DNA of 63,356 nt, counting the filler, from Stramenopiles sp. TOSAG23-2 (lineage: Eukaryota), in NCBI GenBank assembly GCA_900128395.1. It is 7 parts of 7 records of this genome, joined end to end, with 100 filler letters (N's around TTAATTAATTAA, not from the genome) between each part and the next. Parts side by side here need not be neighbours in the genome. Positions count along the whole stretch, not along the records: positions 54,405 to 63,356 come from LT650141.1; 6 more parts are not named here. One strand, given 5' to 3'. The number at the start of each line of letters is the position of its first letter. Positions within the stretch are counted from its first letter, which is position 1. The notes beneath the pieces are model-generated. The model saw only the letters and a list, made by a program, of their open reading frames with translations. It made no database searches and had not been told where the DNA came from. This document shows positions 57,388-63,356 of the stretch, in pieces. A program made the translations under genes and the position numbers.

Positions 57388-58191
57388 ATGGATAACAATA
57401 ATAACAATGAAAACAAATGGTGTATATTTTCATATGGAAGTAATTCAATCACACAATTAAGAGCTCGGGTTGAAAATAATGAACTCACGGCGTTACCCGC
57501 AAAGTGTATAAATTTCACACGTACCTTTTGTTACCGATCCAAAAATTGGGGGAATGGTGGTGTCGCAACTATTTGTCCGTGTCCAGATTCTGTTGTTTTT
57601 GGAGCTTGTGTATATTTAACCAATGTAGAAAAAGAACGACTGGATCAATTTGAAGGTGGGTACAGACTGGAAGAAATTAATGTTACAATACATGATAAAG
57701 AAAATGTTAAAGCATTTGCTTATATTGCTGGGAGGAAAAGCGATAATCCGGGATATACGTTGAAAATGGATGTCGAGCCATCTGAAGAATATTTAACTGC
57801 GATCCATATTATGCTTCGTGAACAATGGGATATGCAGCACGAAACAATTACTATACGGTCATATGATCCAACCAATAACTCTGTTTCTGTAATCAAAGAA
57901 TATACCCATCCGATCTCATCGATTCTTGATCTGTCATTAGAAGCATTATGTGTTGAAATTAATACTCGTAAAAAAAATCCTTGGAAAATGCCAATATCAA
58001 TTAAAAAAATTGTTGAAAAGCTTTTAACGGTGATTCCTGATGACAAGAAGAATAGTGATGCTACAAGATCATATGGATGGCAATTAAAACCATATTATTT
58101 ATTGTTAGAAAATGTTTTAGATGAAGATTCATACAAAGCTATACGAATCATATTTGATAGTGACGTCAATAGCAAAAATAATAATTTGTAA
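57388..58191 (+). CDS. Gamma-glutamylcyclotransferase (GGCT/AIG2-like) family protein
   Basis: IFSYGSN, GGVATI, V.G..YL, LDQFEG.Y, PSEEYL motifs. Confidence 0.85.
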   Translation: MDNNNNNENKWCIFSYGSNSITQLRARVENNELTALPAKCINFTRTFCYRSKNWGNGGVATICPCPDSVVFGACVYLTNVEKERLDQFEGGYRLEEINVTIHDKENVKAFAYIAGRKSDNPGYTLKMDVEPSEEYLTAIHIMLREQWDMQHETITIRSYDPTNNSVSVIKEYTHPISSILDLSLEALCVEINTRKKNPWKMPISIKKIVEKLLTVIPDDKKNSDATRSYGWQLKPYYLLLENVLDEDSYKAIRIIFDSDVNSKNNNL

Positions 58192-58505
58192 AAAGGTGTA
58201 AAAAAAAAGAAGAGTGTTTAAGACACAACATGGAAAATATTTTTTGTGTACCGAAGAATTGTGGTGGCGTTACATTAAATTTCATTATTACTTCGGGGTA
58301 TATAATAAATTTGATGTGTGTCTAAAAATATACGAATACGAAATACGTATTCGTACATCACAGAGTACATAAAAATTTTATATATAATATATATTCAATA
58401 TATATGTGTGTATAATTTTACATCTTTAAAAATATTGGGGCACACTCTGTGGATTTCAATGAACTCTATCGCAATGTTACGATTCATTGTCCATCTTTCA
58501 GTTTA

Positions 58506-58580
58506 GTGAGATAGATTTGTCTCAGTTATTGTATTCTTTCTGGAGAGTAGGAATTATTATTTTGAGTAAATTAAAAAATA
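58506..58580 (+). repeat. Dispersed repeat, copy C (5'-shortened)
   Basis: gtgagatagatttgtctcagttattgtattctttctggagagtaggaattattattttgagtaaattaaaaaa. Confidence 0.85.
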
Positions 58581-58651
58581 TAAGAGAGTTAATATTATGT
58601 ATAATTAATCATTAAGAATAATATTGTGTTCGTTTATATTATAAAACATTT

Positions 58652-59464
58652 TTATTGTAATTCCCATGTCATTCCACCTTTACTGACATTTTGATGCAAA
58701 GATTGTTGTCGTCCATCATCTCCAACAAATTCGTGAATTGATTTTCCATTTTCTTGGCTAACCATTTTATCAAGTTGTACTTGATACTCAATCACTTTTT
58801 GTCTCCAATATTCACGCTCTTTTGCAACACGATCAACCTCTAGACTCAATTCCTCCATGTTTGATTCCGTTTCATCGTTTTCATACAAGTCTTTCAACGT
58901 CAATGAATCATCATCAAAGTTATTGCCAGAGCCTGGCATTCTAGAATTTAATAGACTTGTTTGCTTTGTCATTGTAGTCATTAATTCTTTCTTTAATGCT
59001 AATGCCCCTTCCTTCCTTTCCAGCCACATTTGGTAACGGGGCAACAATGTGCGTCTTATTGTATGATCTATCGTTGATGCTTTTTCGACAATTTCTGCTG
59101 ATTGTCGATGTCCACCTACATTATTAGCCGGCCAGGATACGTAAATACTCCAAAACATTTTTCTTGCTTCGGTATCATCCCATCCCATCGGGGTCTTTAA
59201 TTTTAATTCTTTTAATATATCTATACCTTTTTTGCCTTTTTTAATTCCATCTTCTTCTTTATCAAAGATATGCCGTTTCATGCGTCTTCGTAGTTTATTT
59301 CCAGACTCTCCAGGTGCATTGCAAATGCTAATTTTTGAATTAAAGGCTTCAGATGGCTTTTCATGCAAATACCAGCGTGTGAATGCTGATCTTAGCAATG
59401 ATCGTTTGGAACCAAAAATTAAATTTGTTATCCCCTTCAAGAATTTAATATTAGCTGGAATTGC
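58652..59464 (-). CDS. Hypothetical coiled-coil protein, apparently lacking its 5' end
   Basis: Coding-like frame open from a stop at ~59465 with no ATG for ~60 codons. Confidence 0.55.
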   Translation of the reverse strand, partial: AIPANIKFLKGITNLIFGSKRSLLRSAFTRWYLHEKPSEAFNSKISICNAPGESGNKLRRRMKRHIFDKEEDGIKKGKKGIDILKELKLKTPMGWDDTEARKMFWSIYVSWPANNVGGHRQSAEIVEKASTIDHTIRRTLLPRYQMWLERKEGALALKKELMTTMTKQTSLLNSRMPGSGNNFDDDSLTLKDLYENDETESNMEELSLEVDRVAKEREYWRQKVIEYQVQLDKMVSQENGKSIHEFVGDDGRQQSLHQNVSKGGMTWELQ

Positions 59465-59467
59465 TTA

Positions 59468-60195
59468 GATACAAAAGCAGTGCATGAATTTTTTGAAACA
59501 TTGAAAAGTATTAAACGTTCTCAAGAAGAAATGCAACTGTTAAATATATCAAATGTAAATGCTACTGATGCGAATGCTAATGATTTCAATGAGTTTTTTC
59601 ATAATAAAAAGTTTCCAAATGTAAGTAAAAATTATAATTATATACCATTTATATATAATCAGTTAATCAAGAAATACCGTGCTGACATTCTTCTGCGTTT
59701 TGTATAAATATATAGACACATGTTATATTTTATCCCAACAAGTTTAAATCAGATACGGTTGATGAATTGTGCTTTCTTGAGCATTTAAATATGGGGAGAT
59801 ATGACTTTCAACCATCTTTTTACGATATAGTTGATTTTGGATTAAAAGTAAAAATCGATGATTGTGTACCTTTAGCAGTAGATATTTCTCAGCGTGCAAC
59901 AAATTTAGATATTAAAAGTAGATGGATAACAAATAAACCACGAGAAGATCGTATTTTTAAAGGTCAAATTAGAAGAAATGATTATGTCAATGAGAAAGGT
60001 ACATATCCTGCCGTCTTTGAATTGAGTGAAAAAGAATGGGAAAATAGTAAAGTTCCAGAACATGTGGCATTAAGAAAAGAATGGCAACGTATGGATAAAG
60101 AGAAAGAAAAAAAATGGTTAAAGAAATTAAAACAACAAGGTGACGACAACAGTAGTGTAAAAAGTAGCAAGAGAAAAAAAGGAAGAAAGAAATAA
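59468..60195 (+). CDS. Hypothetical protein, 2 exons (..59620, 59716-60195), 5' end uncertain
   Basis: ORFs 59480 and 59767 join in frame across a GTAAGT...TATAG intron: ...HNKKFPN|THVIFYPNKFKSDTVDELCF... Confidence 0.65.
59621..59715 (+). other. Spliceosomal intron (95 nt)
   Basis: GTAAGT donor, TGCTGAC branch-like motif, TAG acceptor, phase 0. Confidence 0.8.
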
Positions 60196-60575
60196 GAAAA
60201 AAGTACTGCGCTGAGGAACGTAATATGAAAAGAAAGAGAGATACTAGAGATCTCAGAACACGTACAACTGTCCAGAATGTTTCTAAGATACTGTATCATC
60301 TAGAGATTTTAATAATATTTTTTTAGATTTTTGTATGAATTATCTCGTGTTGAGTAAATATACTTCTCGTAATATTTAAATCTCATATTTTATTTAAAAA
60401 TATCATACGAGTTCGTATAATTTTTCAAAAATAATATTTTTTTTATTTTTATAAAATACCTGGTATAAAATATAAAAAAAAATATACAAAAAAAACAAAA
60501 GTTCTCTATTTTACTTCACGTATGAACAATGTTTTCAAATAACACACATCACCACAAGAGAGAACAATGTGTTTT

Positions 60576-60606
<31 letters not shown>

Positions 60607-60626
60607 ATGTGTGTCTCTCTTTTCTC

Positions 60627-63356
60627 TTAATTTTTATGTTTCAATCCACCCTTTTTTTTCTTCAATCCAGGCAATTTTTTCGTCCTTTCACGGGATTTTC
60701 CACGTCTACTGGTACTACGATTACTACCACGGGAACCACCACCACGTTGAGATTCACGACTATGAACAGATTCCCTCGAAGTCGTTTTTCTACCAACCAT
60801 TTCTTCATATCCTTGTTCTCTTTCTCGCTGGGCTCCTTGATCATCTTGAATCTGTTTTTGCAAATATCGTTCACGGCGTCGTCGTTTTTCCAAAAAACGC
60901 TCGGTACGCATTAACGAATCTTTCGTCGCATTACCAGTAGGTACAAATTCTTCTTCTTCAACCGATGGTTGCTTTTGTTTTTTGATTACACCACGGACCG
61001 GTGCAAAATTTTCAGATCGATGATTTTGATCCGATAGTACAGTTGTCATTGCAACATCATCCTTTATAAAATCTTCAGTGTCCGTGTTACCAGCACCAAT
61101 TTGCTTTGAACGGGCCATCTCATGTGCCCTTTCAACGTTTCTATCATTTTCAAGCTGTGTCACCAATGATTCGCGTAACTGTCGCATTGCATTTACAGGA
61201 TCACGCTCAGCAGATGCTCGTATTAGAGCATCTCGTCCGAGCTCAGCGGTGAACAAACCTTGTTTCTCTTTTTCAGGGCTAATGACTACTCCAGAAGTAG
61301 TTGCCCCTGCTTTGGAATTTTTCAACATTCCTTTGTGTTGCAATTCTTCCATAATTTGCTTTCGTAAGTTTACCTCCAATTTTGCCCGCATTTCGTTAGA
61401 TCTATCTAATTCTTCAGTTAAACTAGACACGCGAATGTTTAACCCTTGGATCTGTCTAGCTAATTGTGATGCTTCATCAGCTGCACCATCTCTAGCTTCC
61501 AGGACTTGATGTACCATGTCCGTTTTATCGCCTCGTGTTCTTTCAAGCTCTTGCAATAATGACTTTCTACTATCCTCTGCATTTCCTAATTGCCTAGCCT
61601 TTTCTTGTGCTTCCATCGTCATATGTTTCAATTCCCGAGTCACAGAGTCTGTTTGTAATTTCTTTGTTCGTAACTCTTTTCTCATTTTAGCAACATTTTC
61701 TTCAGCATCTTGTGTTCGTTGTCTTAAATCTTCCACTGAGCGTTTCATTTCAACCGCAGTCATTTTACTTCTATCATTCGTTTCCTCCAATTCTTTTCGC
61801 AGGAGGCCAATAGTATACTCACTCGTGTTTTGCATATCACGCATTTGAGCTTGTTGGTTTTCAATTTCTTTTTCTGCTTGTCTATGCTCTTGTGTTTTAT
61901 GATCTAACGCTGCTTTCATGGTAGCGACTTCACGTTCTAATTGCGACACCTTGACACTACCTTCCCGCTCCGTCCACAGGGATTGGTGCTTTAGACTGGT
62001 AATTTCAGCTGCTAAATGACTAGCACGGCCTGTAACTTCCTTCAATTCAGCTCTTACCTTTTGCTCTGTTTCTTTTGCTCTCCATCCAAGATCTTCTTTT
62101 TCTTTTTCTAGCCTGCTAATTTGCTGTTCTAACGATGTTTTCGTAGATTTCCAATCATCTAATTCTTGCATTGCTTCTGCATTTGTTTCTGTTATCTCAT
62201 CAACTCGTAGAGACATTTTTTGGCATTCAGTCCATTTTTCTTGAAGCATTTTCTTCAATTCAGTCTTTTCTTTTTCTAATAAATTTGCCAATCTACGTTG
62301 TGTGTCTGCGTCGTTCTTCATTGCTTCAATAGCTGCTTTTGAATTCTCCGCTTGACGATCTCGTTCACGTTTCATACTGGTTGAAAATTCGTATTGTTGC
62401 TCTAATTCTTTTGTTAAACGATCATGTTCTTGCTTTTTGCTGGTTTTTAAGGCCTGGCACTCACGCATTAAAGCTTCAACAGTTGTATGAGCCTCCGCAC
62501 GAACTTCTACGACTTTCTTTTCCAATTTTTCCCTACGAGCTCTTTCTAAATCTTCAGTATCTCTACCTTTGTGAATTTGTTTTTTCAACTCTGTTATTTC
62601 TACCCTATATGCATCTAACTCTTTGCCATTTCGTCCTAATTCTTTATCTCGATCTATTAACAATTGTTGTATTCTTGCTTCCAATTGTTTAGCTTTTTCT
62701 GCTCTCATTTTACTTTCTGCTCGCAAAGCATTTTTTTCACCCTCGACTCGCTCAACAGCCAAGGCAGATTCAACTTTTTCTTTTTCTGCTTTTATTACTT
62801 TTCTCTCTGCCTCTTTCCGCTTGCGTTCAGCAACTTTTCGCTCGTGTTCAGTTTTACCAGCATTGTTCGACTCTTGTTGTGCCTTTAAATTAGCTTGTTC
62901 CAATTCTTCTTCCAGCGTTTCAATTTTAGCAACTTGCTCTCTCATTGTATTTCTCATCGCAGCTGCTTCTTTTCCAACAGCATCGCGTAATTTATGTACA
63001 TCATTTAATGTTCCTTGCAATTCTGCAATTTTGTCTTGTTTCGTATTAATAGTTCCCTCTTGATCCTGTACCGTTTCCTGCAACTCGCGTTTTTCCAACG
63101 TTAAGCGTTGTATTTCCGTTGCTAATTCCCTTCCTTGTTCTGAAAATCGTGCTACACGTTTAGCAGCTTCTTTTTGCGTTAGTTTTACTTCTCGTCTTAA
63201 ATTATCTATTTGTTTTTGATTTTCTGATTCAGATTGATAATGACCTTTTGTTAAATTTTCTATCCTATTTTGTGCTGTATTTAATTCCTCTCTTAACTCA
63301 TCTTGCATACGTTTTGAAAGCTCCAACCTCTCTGTCATATTGTCTTTTTCCCTATA
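60627..63356 (-). CDS. Long coiled-coil protein (centrosomal/cytoskeletal-like), 5'-partial
   Basis: More than 650 aa of E/K/R/Q heptad-like sequence plus a basic tail; frame open to the window end. Confidence 0.8.
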   Translation of the reverse strand, partial: YREKDNMTERLELSKRMQDELREELNTAQNRIENLTKGHYQSESENQKQIDNLRREVKLTQKEAAKRVARFSEQGRELATEIQRLTLEKRELQETVQDQEGTINTKQDKIAELQGTLNDVHKLRDAVGKEAAAMRNTMREQVAKIETLEEELEQANLKAQQESNNAGKTEHERKVAERKRKEAERKVIKAEKEKVESALAVERVEGEKNALRAESKMRAEKAKQLEARIQQLLIDRDKELGRNGKELDAYRVEITELKKQIHKGRDTEDLERARREKLEKKVVEVRAEAHTTVEALMRECQALKTSKKQEHDRLTKELEQQYEFSTSMKRERDRQAENSKAAIEAMKNDADTQRRLANLLEKEKTELKKMLQEKWTECQKMSLRVDEITETNAEAMQELDDWKSTKTSLEQQISRLEKEKEDLGWRAKETEQKVRAELKEVTGRASHLAAEITSLKHQSLWTEREGSVKVSQLEREVATMKAALDHKTQEHRQAEKEIENQQAQMRDMQNTSEYTIGLLRKELEETNDRSKMTAVEMKRSVEDLRQRTQDAEENVAKMRKELRTKKLQTDSVTRELKHMTMEAQEKARQLGNAEDSRKSLLQELERTRGDKTDMVHQVLEARDGAADEASQLARQIQGLNIRVSSLTEELDRSNEMRAKLEVNLRKQIMEELQHKGMLKNSKAGATTSGVVISPEKEKQGLFTAELGRDALIRASAERDPVNAMRQLRESLVTQLENDRNVERAHEMARSKQIGAGNTDTEDFIKDDVAMTTVLSDQNHRSENFAPVRGVIKKQKQPSVEEEEFVPTGNATKDSLMRTERFLEKRRRRERYLQKQIQDDQGAQREREQGYEEMVGRKTTSRESVHSRESQRGGGSRGSNRSTSRRGKSRERTKKLPGLKKKKGGLKHKN

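Noticed and set aside
60580-60606. (CT)n, (TA)n and (ACT)n microsatellites here and throughout
   Set aside because: Ordinary simple repeats for an AT-rich protist genome.

Overview
Eukaryotic, AT-rich, intron-poor genomic DNA in the standard genetic code. It is probably from a flagellated heterotrophic stramenopile or SAR protist (inference from the ubiquitin/Nedd8 type, MORN5 and STPG genes). The window is not one locus. It is seven contigs of about 8.95-8.98 kb, sorted by decreasing length and joined by artificial 100-nt linkers (44N + TTAATTAATTAA + 44N), so gene adjacency across linkers means nothing. About 25 protein genes are supportable, including a SMYD methyltransferase, class I aldolase, an ABCC transporter, a ubiquitin-Nedd8 fusion, MORN5, exportin-5 and GCN1. 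Four short GT-AG introns were resolved by hand. The standout is a 1573-aa protein fusing a dCache_1 sensor with a complete amino-acid-binding motif to EF-hands and a two-pore-channel-like body, a candidate single-chain ligand-gated cation channel. Also notable: a full-length PMCA-type P-type ATPase that has lost four catalytic motifs but kept its Ca2+ site; a triple-tandem HpcH/HpaI aldolase ending in a CaaX box; a ~100-bp repeat found three times, always between convergent genes; and a hairpin-rich repeat that ends two contigs. All family calls come from motif recognition by eye; no database searches were run.
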